The notes under the pieces: generated by a model
What the model saw: the letters and a program-made list of their open reading frames with translations, nothing else
What the model was told of the DNA's origin: nothing
The model's database searches: none
Part shown: positions 12,903 to 25,320 of the stretch, piece by piece
How positions within the stretch are numbered: position 1 is the first letter of the stretch
Layout of the letters: each line of letters starts with the position of its first letter
Assembly (NCBI RefSeq): GCF_009914755.1
Contig: NC_060934.1
Reading direction: 5' to 3' (one strand)
Source: the human T2T-CHM13v2.0 reference genome, Homo sapiens
Length of the DNA: 64,000 bases
Program-made: the position numbers and the translations under genes

Positions 12903-15600
12903 ACAGTGATGGCGATGACCACTATGGGAGATTTTAACTGGAGGAATTTCTTGTGGAAAATCATTAAAAACGGCTAACATTTAAAAGACATACAAGTTTC
13001 TAAAAGACAGTATTAATGTTCTCTGTGCACATTAGGATATAAAGTCCTGGGTACTGCAGGACATTTAGTAAACTATTCAATGAAACACCTTAAATGTCAA
13101 GCACAGGGATTTGGAAATAGAGAGCTATTGGTTTGTGAGGAAAATATTGCATTATAAGAACGTTATAGGAATACATATACATACATATATGTATACATAC
13201 ATATATATATTCCTACAATATCTTTTTCAGATAATAAAATAGAATAGAATGAGACATTATATATTATATGTTCATTATATATACATATATTATATATTTG
13301 TGTATCTGTGTAATGTCTCACAGTCCATTCTTTTTTATCTGAATTTTTATGTTTTAAATTTAGCGATCTTTAACTCACTAATCTTGTATTTCAATGTGTC
13401 CAAATAACTTTTAAACCCATCCCAATGGGTTCTTAATAAGTTTTTAAAATTTCTTTTTAGTTGATGCATAAGAATTGTGTATATTTATGGGGTACAATGT
13501 GATGTTTTGATGCTGACTTTGTAAAATGAGTTTAGATGTACTTCTTCAATTTTTTGAAATAGTTTGAGGAGGGTATTAGTTCTATAAATCTTGGTAGAAT
13601 TCTGCTGTGAAGGCATCTGTTCCAGAGCTTTTCTGGGAGATTTTGTTATTATTATTATTAATTCAATCTCCTTATTCCTTATTCATCTGTTCAAATTTTC
13701 CATTTTGTTTTTATTCAGTCTTCGTAGGTTGTATATGTCTAAGAACTTTCTTGTTTTTCCTGGGTTATCCAACTTGGTGTGTAACTCTAATTATTCATAG
13801 TAGTCTCATGATATTTTATATTTCTGTGGTAATATTTGTAATATCTTCTCTTTCATTTCTGATTTTGAGTCTTTTTTCTTTTGTGTTTAGTCTTGCTAAA
13901 AGTTTGTCCATTTAGTCTATCTTTTCAAAGAACCACTTGTAGCTTAATTCATCTACTATATTGTCTTTCTTGTCTCTATTTCATTTATTTCTGCTCTGAT
14001 ATTTATTATTTCCATATTTCTACTGACTTTAGACTTAGTTTGTTCTTCTTTTTCTAGTTTTTTTGAGGCGTAATATTATTTATTTTTGATCTTTCTTTTT
14101 TGACGTATAAACTTCAATTTTAGAACTAGTTTTGCTGCATCCCATAACTTATGGTATCTTGTGTTTCCATTTTCATTTGTCTTAAAATATTTTTTAATTT
14201 TACTTTTAATTTTTTTCTTTGACCCATTGGTTGTGGTGAGCATGTTGTTTAAGTTCCATGTATTTATGAATTTTCCAAGACTTTTCCTGTTACTGATTTC
14301 TACTTTTATTCATTTGTGGACAGAAAAGATAGGTGATATGATTTCAAGCTTCTTAAATTTGTTAAAACTTGTTTGTGGCCTAAAATGTGATCTCTCCTGG
14401 AGAACGTTTCTTGTGCACTTTAGAAGAATGTGTACCCTACTGCTGCTGGATGGAATTTTCTGTATTTGTCTGTTCGGTCGATCTATGGTCTATTTGGCCT
14501 AAAGCGTTGTCCAAATCCATTATTTCCCTACCGATTTTCTGTCTAGATAATTTATCCATTGTTGAAAGTGGGAGTCTTGAATTCATCTATTATTATTTTC
14601 TTGCAGTGTATCTTATACTTCAGATCTATTAATATTTTCTGTCTAGATAATTGATTCATTATTGAAAGTAGGAGTCTTGAATTCATCTATTATTATTTTC
14701 TTGCAGCGTATCTCATACTTCAGATCTATCAATATTTGCTTTACATGTTTTGGTGCTCTGATACTGGGTGCATACATCCTTAAAATTCTTATATCCTCTC
14801 GATGAATTAGCCTCTTTATCATAATATGGTGACCTTCTTTGTCTTTTCTTACAGTTTTGACTTAATGTTTATTTTGTCTGATATAAGTATAGCCACCTCC
14901 ATTTTCTTGTGGTTATCATTTGCCTGGAATATCCTTTTTATTATTATTATTTCCTACCTCTCAGTTTATGTGTGCCCTTAAGGCTAAAGTGAATCTCTTG
15001 TAGGGAGCATATTATTCAATCTTGTCTTTTTATTCATTCAGCTACTCTATCTCTTTTGATTACAGAATTTAATCCATCTACATTTAAAGTAGTTATTGAC
15101 AGGTAAGAACTTACTACTGCCATCTTGCTAATTTTTTTTTTAGTTTTGTAGTTATCTTGTTCCACTCTTCCAATCTTGCTGCCTTTTTGTGTGATTTTTG
15201 TAGTGATATGCTTTGATTCCTTTCTCTTTTGTGTTCTACTAGAGTTTTTTTTTCTTTGTGGTTACCATGAAGTTTGAATTAAAATATCTTATAGTTATAA
15301 TGCCCTAATTTAAGCTAATAGTATTTTATCTTCTATTGCATACAAAGAATCTACACTTTTATTTCTCTCGAAATTTTATGCTATTGGTCCATTCTTTACG
15401 TCTATTTATATTGTGTATCTGTAAACTAATTGTTTATAGTTATAGTTGCTTTTAATAGTTTTCTTTTAATTCTTATACTAAAATTAAGAGTGATTTACAT
15501 ACCACCTTTACAGTAATAGAGTATGCTGAATTTGACTATATATTTACCTTTACCAGTGAATTTTATACATTAATATGTTTTCACGTAGTTACTTATTATC

Positions 15601-15868
15601 TTTTTTTTTTTTGACAAAAAAATCTTGCTCTGTCACCCAGGCTGGAGTGCAGTGGTACAACTTCCACCTCCCAGGTTCCAGCAATTCTCCTGCCTCAGCC
15701 TCCCAAGTAGCTGGGACTACAGGCATGCGCCACCATGCCCAGCTAATTTTTACATTTTTTAGTAGAAACCATATTGACCAAGCTGGTCTCGAACTCCTGA
15801 CCTTGTGTTCAGCCTGCCTTGGCCTCCCAAAGTGCTGGGATTACAGGCGTGAGCCACCCCACCCAGCC
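15601..15868 (-). mobile_element. AluS with small internal deletions
   Basis: Alu dimer; TSD tatcttt. Confidence 0.9.
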
Positions 15869-16374
15869 TATCTTTCTATTTCAATTCAAATAACTCTCTT
15901 AAGCATTCTTGTAAGGCCAGTCTCCTGGTGATGAACTCCCTCAGCTTGTTTGTCTTTGAATATCATTGTCTCTCCTTCATTTATGGAGGACAGCTTTACT
16001 GGGCAAAATACTCTTGATTGGTTTTCTTTTAGAATTTTGTGTATGTCACTTTACCCTCTCCTTGGTTGCAAGCTTTCTGTTGAGAAGTCTACTGATAGCC
16101 TTATGGAATATTCTTTCTATGTGACAAGTTTCTTCTCTCTTCCTTTATTCAAGAGTCTCTTTTCTGTCTTTCTTGATTTTTGACAATTTGATTATAATGT
16201 GTCTCAAAGTCTTCCTTTTTTAAAATTGATCTTGCTAGGACAGCTTTGACCTTCCTGAAACTGTATATTCATATCACTCCCAAGATTTGGGAAGTTTTCA
16301 GGCAGTATTTATTTAAATAAGCTTTCTACCTCTTTGTCTCTTTCTTCTCTTTATGGTATTCCAGTAGTTTGTAT

Positions 16375-16696
16375 GCGGTTGATCTTTTATATTTGCTTGT
16401 TCTGCATCCATGGATTCAAGCTACCACTGATGGAAAATATTTTTAAAAAACAATAAAAATAACAATACAACAATAAAAATAATACTAGAAAACAATACAG
16501 TATAATAACTATATAACTTTTACATTGTATTAAGTACTATAAGTAATGGAGAGATTATTTAAAGCATATTGTGAGGGTATGCATAGGTTATGTGCAAATA
16601 CTATGCCATTTTATATATGGGACTTGAGTGTTAGCAGATTTTTATATTTATGAGGGGTTCTGGAACCAATTTCCTGTGGATACCAAGGGATGCCTA
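16375..16696 (-). mobile_element. MER2 (TcMar-Tigger) DNA transposon
   Basis: gcatccatggattcaa...ggttatgtgcaaatactatgccattttatat...ggataccaaggga. Confidence 0.85.
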
Positions 16697-18892
16697 TATT
16701 CATGTTTGGTGGTTCTTATGCTTTCTTCACTTTTTTTCATTATTTTTTATTGCTCTAATTGGTTAATTTCAAGTGACCTACTTTTGGGTTCACTAATTCT
16801 TTCTTCTGCATGATCAAGTCCACTGTTAGAACTCAGTTTTTCAGTTCTTTCATATTATTCATCTGCTCTAGGGCGTCTGTTGAGTTTTTTTATGGTTCCT
16901 ATTTCTATATTAAACTTCTTTATTTGTTCATTTAATATTTGTATAATTTTACTTAGTTGTCTATGTGTATTTTCTTGCATCTCATTGAGCTTCTTTAGGA
17001 TAATTCTTTTGAATTATTTTTCAGACAATCCACACATCTCCATTTCTTTGGAGTCACTTATTGAAGTTTTATTAGTTTCCTTTGGTGGTATAATGTTTGT
17101 GTGATTATTTGTTATCTGTGTAGCTTTGCATTGATGTCTATACGCTGAAAGGAGCAAACTCATCTCTCAGGCTTTACAGACTGGATTTGCCAAGTTAAAA
17201 TCCTCTCCTATTAGGTCTTTGGATTAAGGAGATTGCCTCTGGGATTGCAGTAGGCAGTAGAGTGGTATTAGATCCAGGTCATGTGGCTGATATTGGGTCT
17301 GCAGTAGACACCATAATCAACAGGCCTCTTTCCAGGGGTTCTCTTGGGCATGAGTTCTATCTGGTCCCTGGGTGAACTGGACCATCTCTAAGATCTTAGT
17401 ATGTGGAGCTGATATTGATATGATGTACTGCTTCAGAATTTACCCAGTATGCTGATGAGTGTGGCCTTTTCTGAGTCTCTGAGAGAGCTTCCATTGGATC
17501 ACTGGTTGGATGATCTGCCCTGGGCTGGTTGTACTGCCCTGGTCCATGATTTGAGATGGCTGGAATTAAGATTCAAGGTTGTTTCAGGGCCCACAGCTGA
17601 GACTGAGAAGTTCAGGCCAGTCTCCAGGATCACAACTAAGCGTATATCCTGGTAGGTTTCTGGGTTAGCAGTCTTATTTTTAGACTGTAATTGAGAAAGA
17701 TTGGAGCCAATTTTTAAGGGTTATTCAAGATCCATAATGGGACCAAAGTCAGGGCATTACCTATAGGGGCACTGCTAGACGTGTCTCCCTCTGGGTCCCC
17801 AAGCAAGCAGAACTGTTATCAATCTCTACACAAAAGGGGCATAAGATCCAGGGTCATTTGAGGATCCACTTTGGGACAAAGTTTGGCAAGCCTCCCATGG
17901 ACACTCAGATGGGCATGTCTCCCACTAGAATCCTAGCTGGGCAGAACTGCTTCCAGACCACAGCTGGGAGGGGCTAATTAACTCAAGCTTCAGGGCTAAT
18001 TCACAATATGCTGTAAGAATTATGTTGGCAAGCCTGACCTGGTGGCATGGGTGGGTGATATTCCCAGCCAGTTCCCTAATCAGACAGAATTGTTCCCAGA
18101 CCACGGCTGAGATGAGGCTGGAGCTGAGATTCAGAACCCATTTGGGAACTGTTATGGGATGGAGAATGGCAAGCCCATCCAGGTGCATCTCCCAAGAGTT
18201 CCAAGCAGTACTAAACTAGGAGCATAGCTGAGGGGGTGTTGGAGCTGAGTTACAGGATATCTTTTGGGTTTAATGCTGAGACCAATGTTGGCAGCCCTGT
18301 CTGCCCAGACACTAGTGTGCATGATTCCCCCTAGGCCCATTGGCAGATAGTTTCAGTAGCAGGGTCAAGGCCAAATAGGGCTGGAGCCAAACCCTTCAAA
18401 GAACAAACATTTCTGGATCTAAACCTTGGAGCATGGTGAATGCATCTGCCATGTGGGTGCAGGTCTGCACTCTCAAAATGACACTCCTAGGTTTTGAGCT
18501 ACTCTAGGATTTCACAACCTCCTGCCTGAATCCCAAGGCTCCCACAAAGAGATTTTTGTTTACGGATGGGGTGTAGAATTCTTGTTGTCATCGGGGAAAG
18601 GAGGGGGAGACCTCCTGTTTTGCTATCTTACTCGTGTCCCCAAGGTCTTAGTGAGTTCCTAATATCATATATTTTATTTTTTAGTTTATAGTATCCTTTC
18701 AATTACTTTTAATAAGTTCTCATTCTTTGTTGAAAATCCTCTGAATTTTTATATATTTTTACATTCTTTCTTCTGTTTTCTGAATGTACCCAACAGTTAC
18801 TTTAAATTCATTGTCAATTAATACAGTAGTTGGATCACAAGTTGCTCTTGTGTTCTTCCCTGTTATTTATGGCTTATGCCATCTTATTCTTG

Positions 18893-19385
18893 ATGTAGTG
18901 GATTTATTGTACTCAAGTCCCTGAGTTTTACCCCTCCCTCTGTCCTCACACTTCGCCTTTTAACTTCCCAGTTTCCTTCCCCTGGGCAGAGTGTTCTGCC
19001 ACTTAAATCTAGGAGTAGCCACAGGGCTGGCTTTGGCCATGTTAGCAAAATGGCACAAGCAGAGGCTTGAAAAAGTGCCTGTATGTTTCTTCTTGCCCTT
19101 TTGCTCCTCTGTCCTTGTCACAAGAATAGGGACACATGAGCTTGCTGGGGAATGAGCACAAGGAGCAGAGCCAAACCCACCAGTTTATTCCAGCCAAGTC
19201 AAACATCTCTTGGTCAACTGACAGTCAGGGGAGACTCTGAAAACTGCCCATTTGAGGTTAGTCCAACTCATTGACTCTAGAACTCATGACTTATGTAATT
19301 ATTGTGTGGCCTTAAAGCTGAGTAGTTTTCCTTTTTTTTTTTTTTCTGGTACATAGCATTATTGTGACAATATAAAACTGATACT
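18893..19385 (+). mobile_element. MLT1I/J-type MaLR solo LTR, nested in an old L1ME-like relic
   Basis: caagcagaggcttgaaaaagtgc...gcattattgtgacaata..aactgatac. Confidence 0.65.
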
Positions 19386-19424
19386 TTAATATATTCATTA
19401 CATTTTAGTTGTGTGCTAGATATG

Positions 19425-19744
19425 GTTTTTTGTTTTGTTTTGTTTTTGTTTTGTTTTGTTTATGAGACGGAGTCTCACTGTTGCCCAGGCTGGAGTGCAG
19501 TGGCGCGATCTCGGCTCACTGCAGGCTCCGCCCCCCGGGGTTCACGCCATGCTCCTGCCTCAGCCTCCCGAGTAGCTGGGACTACAGGCACCCGCCACCT
19601 CGCCCGGCTAATTTTTTGTATTTTTAGTAGAGACGGGGTTTCACTGTGTTAGCCAGGATGGTCTCGATCTCCTGACCTCGTGATCCCCCCGCCTCGGCCT
19701 CCCAAAGTGCTGGGATTACAGACGTGAGCCACCGCGCCCGGCCC
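19425..19744 (-). mobile_element. AluY, Ye lineage (AluYe5-like)
   Basis: Sense diagnostics ccgggcgaggtgg and gaaccccggggggcggagcctgcag, plus 2-bp deletion near the 3' end; TSD gatatggttt. Confidence 0.85.
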
Positions 19745-20401
19745 GATATGGTTTATTTTTTAAAAATTAGAAGCTTCAGATGATAATGTCTACAAGAGAG
19801 AATCAACACTTTGCTAATCAAAGGCTAGGGGCTCATTATCTTGTTTGTTATGAACTTAGCTGGATCAAGGCTGGGTTAAAGCTTCATTAAAACTTCGTCT
19901 AACTCTGGTTAGTTCCTGTACCCAAGAACATGGATTCCAAGGGTTTATTTGAAATCACGATGTCTTCGGCTCCTCAGTACCCAGAAATCTGGAATTTTAG
20001 CTTTGCTTCTCAGCGAAATCAGACATCTCTTAGTCAACTACCAGTCAAGGGAGACTCTGAAAACTGCCCATTTGAGGTTAGTCCAACTCGTTGACTCTAG
20101 AACTTATGGCTTATGTAATTATTGTGTGGCCTTAGAGCTCAGTAGTTTGTTTTTTGTTTTTCTTTTTTTTTTTTTTTGAGATCGATAGGCTTCCTCCATG
20201 AACAGCTTCAGAATGTGGCCAATGCCTTAAAGGAGAGGCCTGCTGGGAATTTAAAGCCCTTCAAATCTCTAATTTTGTCAAGTCTAGCCACCAATGGTTC
20301 TGTTGTTTCTATCTCCCCGAAAAGGGCTCCTCTAGAGTTAAATCATCTAGCTGTGTCCATATCAGCAGAGCCTCCAGGATATAAACAATTGGGAGATTTT
20401 C

Positions 20402-20805
20402 ATTTTTTTAAGTTTTATTTTACTTTTAATTGACAAATAATAATTGCATATATTTGTGGGGTACAAATTGATATTTTGATAGATGCAAGCATTGTAGAAT
20501 GACCAAATCAGGGTAATTAGCATATCCTTAACCTCAAATATTTGTGTTTTCTTTGCAGTGAGAACGTTTAAAATGATCTGTTTTCGCTATAAATGTACAA
20601 TACATTCTTATCAAATATAGTCACGTTATTCTGCAAGAGAACACGAGAATTTCTTCCTCCAACTAACTATAGCTTTGTACCCATTGACCAGCATCTCCCC
20701 TTCCTCCATCTACCTCCCACTTCCTGCATCTGGTAACCACTTGCTACTTGCTATTTCTGTGAATTCAACTCTTTTAGATTTCACATACAAGTGAGATCAT
20801 GAGGT
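20402..20805 (-). mobile_element. L1MA (MA8/9-like) 3' end
   Basis: ttttaattgacaaataataattgcatatatttgtggggtacaa... Confidence 0.75.
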
Positions 20806-20859
20806 TTCACTTTTCATTCAACACTCATTATTGTTCTTAGAGTGTCCTCCTGGAAGACC

Positions 20860-21937
20860 TTTGTCTACTAAGCATTTTGAAGCTTCACATTATGGAGCTA
20901 TTACAGCTTGGCTTTTTAGCCACCCCAGAGGGCCTCAGGCCCAGGCAGAGGACTGTTGTAGGGGTGGGGTCACTGCAGAGAACCCAACTAGGGCAATTTA
21001 CAGTGGTGCTTTGGGGACAGAACCACCTCAAAGAGCTCCAACTAGGGCAATGTCTGGTGGAACCATGGGCCCAGGGTCACCTCCTTGATTTGTGGGGCCA
21101 CTGGTGTGCAACTCATGGGCTGTGCCTAAATGCCATGAGGTGTGGCCACTCAGAGTTTTGGGAGTCTAAACCCTCAGCCAATTCTTTCAGAACATGAGAC
21201 ATGGAGTCAAATAAGTTTATTCTCAAGCCTTAATAATTAATGTTCGCCCAACAGGGTTTTGAATTTATTTGGGACTATTAATAGTTACCCCTTTCTTCCT
21301 TCCTATGTATCCCTTTTAGAATGGGAATCTCCATCCTATGCCTGTCTCACTGTTGTATTTTGGAAGCACATAACTTGTTTGATTTCATAAGCTCCCAGCT
21401 TGAGACAAATTTGCCTCAGGATGAATCATTTCTTGAATCTTATCTGTATCTGATTTAGATGACATTTAGATGAGACTCTGGACTTCTTTAGACTTTTGAG
21501 CTGATACTGGCTATTGTGATGGAATGAATACATTTTGCATGTGAGAAGGACACAAATTTTGGAAAGCTAGGAGTGGAATGGTATGGTCTGAACATTGGTT
21601 TCACCCCCAAAACTCATATACTGAAACTTAATTTCCAATATAGTGGTATTAAGAGGTGGGTCCTTTAAGAGGTGATTAAATCATGAGGGGTCCTCCCTTG
21701 TGACTGGAATTAGTGTCCTTATATACAAGACCTAAGGGAACTTATTCACTCATTCCGCCATGTTGGGACACATAGAAGGTGCCTCTGTGACAAACTAGGC
21801 CCTCACCAGGCCCTGAATCTGCCAGCACCTTGATCTTGGACTTCCAAGACTCCAGAACTATCAACAAAAAAGGCTCCTGTTTGTAAATTACCCAGTCTCA
21901 AATATATTGTCATAGCAACCCAAATGGACTTAGACAC
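20860..21937 (+). mobile_element. MLT1A-type internal 3' part plus 3' LTR (about 21578-21937)
   Basis: Homologous to 3700-4393; LTR ends gacttagaca. Confidence 0.8.
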
Positions 21938-22549
21938 ATGTATTTAGCTAATACAACAATAACAGTGTGTGGGGAAAACAGCTTAATAAGTAATAAATTG
22001 AAAGATAAAATATTTGGTTAATTCTTTTCCTAAGTATGAAAAACAAATGCACTGGCTCCCATTGTTCAGGTCCAATTTCCTCTCCATGGGTTTTGTAAAC
22101 TCTCTGTAAAACATTGACAATTGATGGAAGTTAAGAAAGCAAAAAACACATTTTTTTATTTAGAAACAAAAATCTCATACTATTTGAACAATATTATTCA
22201 TTAGATTTCCTCCTTGCATCTTAAATCGCATCCTGCATGCCATTACCATCGAGTACTGAAGCTATGTCATGGTTTTGTTGATTGTTATTTTTTTCGGTCT
22301 TGGATTCTACTTTTGCAATGAACCCCTAGCTTAGGTAACATCAATCTGATATCACTGGGTTTTGTGGTAAAACTATACTATATAATCTTTCCTTTTAAAT
22401 GCTGACATCTTTTCACAAAGAAACCAAAAGTTCAATTTCATCCTTAAGACATTAGGCAAAAACCTGGACCAATGACATATGATAAATGTTCAGAATCTCG
22501 AAAGAAAATGTTTGCTTTGATTTTTAGCAGTTTAATTAGGCTGCATTGA

Positions 22550-22750
22550 CAGGGAGGCAATGGGTATAGTACAAAGGGTTTGGAATCTGAAGATTCGTTT
22601 CTGAGTCTGGAGTCTGTAGGCCTGGACACATTTTATGACCTTGTAAAACTGGAGTTTCCTCAACTGGAAAATGAAAGTTATGAAGTTGTGATGGGAAAAT
22701 TTAAGATAATAAAAACAAAAACATGCTATAAAAATGTGTAAGTTATTAAT
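22550..22750 (+). mobile_element. MIR
   Basis: Degenerate core tgaccttg...agtttcctcaactggaaaatg. Confidence 0.55.
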
Positions 22751-23269
22751 TAAAATATTTAAAAAATGCCCAATTCCCTAGTGCAAAAAGAACTAATTTG
22801 GTGAAACACTGTCCTTTATGTACCACAGAAAATCCTGAGCTGAGGGGCTTCCCCGTTGGATGGGACCAGGATGTGGAGCTTCATTCAGAGGAGGGAAAGT
22901 TCACAACGTAGTTGACAGTGTCAGCCCATTATGAAGTATTTAGAAACCGTCTATCACCAAAGAGGGATTGTAATTTTAGAACTTTTCAGAAACATAATTT
23001 CTTAGTACAACTTTGCAAGAAAATAAGCTTAAACAACAAAAGAATGTAAAATACCTCATCCAGCACAGCAAAGGCAACCCTGTGACTTGCTGACTCAGAA
23101 GTACTCGTGCTACTTTATGAGACACATGTGAGTTACGTAGATTTATAAAATACTAATACTTTGAATAAATAGGGACATAAACATCCCTGCAGAATTGTGG
23201 AATATGACATATTTTAAAACACAGCTTTCGCCTGCGACTGTAAAACATGCATAAATTAGGTTGGAAACC

Positions 23270-23721
<452 letters not shown>

Positions 23722-24089
23722 TCAACAAATATTTATTTTCTGGGACCTGGAGAGTTAAGATGAAAACTACCTTGATCATGACATGTAAGAGTTTAAAGCC
23801 CCAGTGGGATGTGAACATCTAAATAGATAGTTCTAATTACTGTGATGGGAAATTAGGATCCTGTATGATGAGCTCAGCCTACAGAGAAGAGGAGCACCTC
23901 TCCTGAATGGCCTAGAGAGAACAGTCTGTAGAAGTGAAGGTGTAACAATATGCGTCTCTGGTGAAAGGATTCTGGAATTTGAGATATAAAAAGGGGTTTG
24001 GCCTGGCAAGGGGGTACAGAGAGAAGTTTTGAGTTACACAACTGCAGTTTATTAGAAATAGAAGGGTAAAAGATAACCGTACACAGGCA

Positions 24090-24625
24090 GAAACCAAAAC
24101 ACAAATGTTTATGTCTAAACAAACTGTTTAGAAACTTGTGCATGAAAGTTGATATGTGCTTTATTCATAATAGCTGAAAACTGGAAATAACCCAAATGTC
24201 CATCATCGGGTAAATGAATAAACACATTGTGTTATGTCTGTGCAGTGGAATACTATTCAGCCTGAAAAGGAATTATCTGTTGAAACGTTCAATGACTTCA
24301 ATGAGACTAAAAATAGTTTTGTTGAGTTAAATGAGCTAAACACAAAAGATAGCATACTACATGGCTCCATATACATAAGGTTGTAGACAAACAAATCTAT
24401 AGGTTCAGAAAGTAGACCTGTGGTTGTCTCTGAACAGGAAAGTGAGAGGTGTGAAGTAGGGGAAAGGGAAGGACCCTACAGGGCTCAAGGAAACCTTTGG
24501 TGTTGATGGGTATGTTCATTATCTTCACTGCAGTGATAGCTTCTTGGGTGTACCCTTATAGCAAAATTCATCAAACTGCAAGACTTAAATATGTATGGTT
24601 TATTGTATATAAATTTTACTTCAAG
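24090..24625 (+). mobile_element. Old L1 (L1MC/MD/ME) 3' end
   Basis: tttattcataatagctgaaaactggaaataacccaaatgtccatca... Confidence 0.75.
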
Positions 24626-25134
24626 GCTGAAACAAGTTTTAAGCAATAGAGATTGTTAAAATGATTTAAGCAGTAAAGTGGTATGGGAAGTTTTAGATTT
24701 CAGAAGTTAATGATGTTTTTCTCGTTTCTGGCTTGGGCAATGAAGACTGGGCAAATGGTAATGGTTATAAACCTATTCTCTTCCTGTCTATAGTTTATCC
24801 AGAAATGAAGCTAATTCAATGCAGGGCTACCTGTTTTTATTAGAGGTTAATTTTCCAATTTAGCTATAAATAGGGAAACTGCAGGCTAGTGTTAGGATAG
24901 GCTTAATGTTTCACCAAAATGAGATCTATTGGTTTATGTCTCCATATGTTGCCTTGTTCTTGTCTGCCACTGTGAACATCATAACCTTCGGTGGCTCTAA
25001 CAACTTACAACACTGTGTCAGGACTGTGGAGGAATGAGGGACTCCATCTAAGGCACCATCCAAGTCATTAGAGGTCATTGTCCAGTTAGCTCATAAATAT
25101 TCCTTCCTGTCTTAAAAGGAGCAAAAAATAGTGA

Positions 25135-25320
25135 CATTCATTGACTATTTACTGATGGCATTACATCCCTTCATCTTCACCACCCTATGAAGCATGTACC
25201 TTTATTATCCCTATTTTATACAAGAGGAAACAGACTTAAAGATGTTTAGTCATTGGTTCTAGTTCATGTCTAGATGATGTTGACCTGATTTGAGCCTGGC
25301 AATGTGATTCTCAAGCACAT
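25135..25320 (-). mobile_element. MIR
   Basis: ttattatccctattttatacaagaggaaacagac; another MIR-like piece at about 27865-28030. Confidence 0.6.

Larger units (their letters stand above)
13440..18650 (-). mobile_element. Old L1MA-type element: 5'UTR, ORF1, 5' ORF2 and terminal 3'UTR, with an internal deletion; interrupted by an Alu and MER2
   Basis: L1 antisense sequence throughout; degenerate TSD tgggttcttaata (13426) / tgagttcctaata (18652). Confidence 0.8.
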
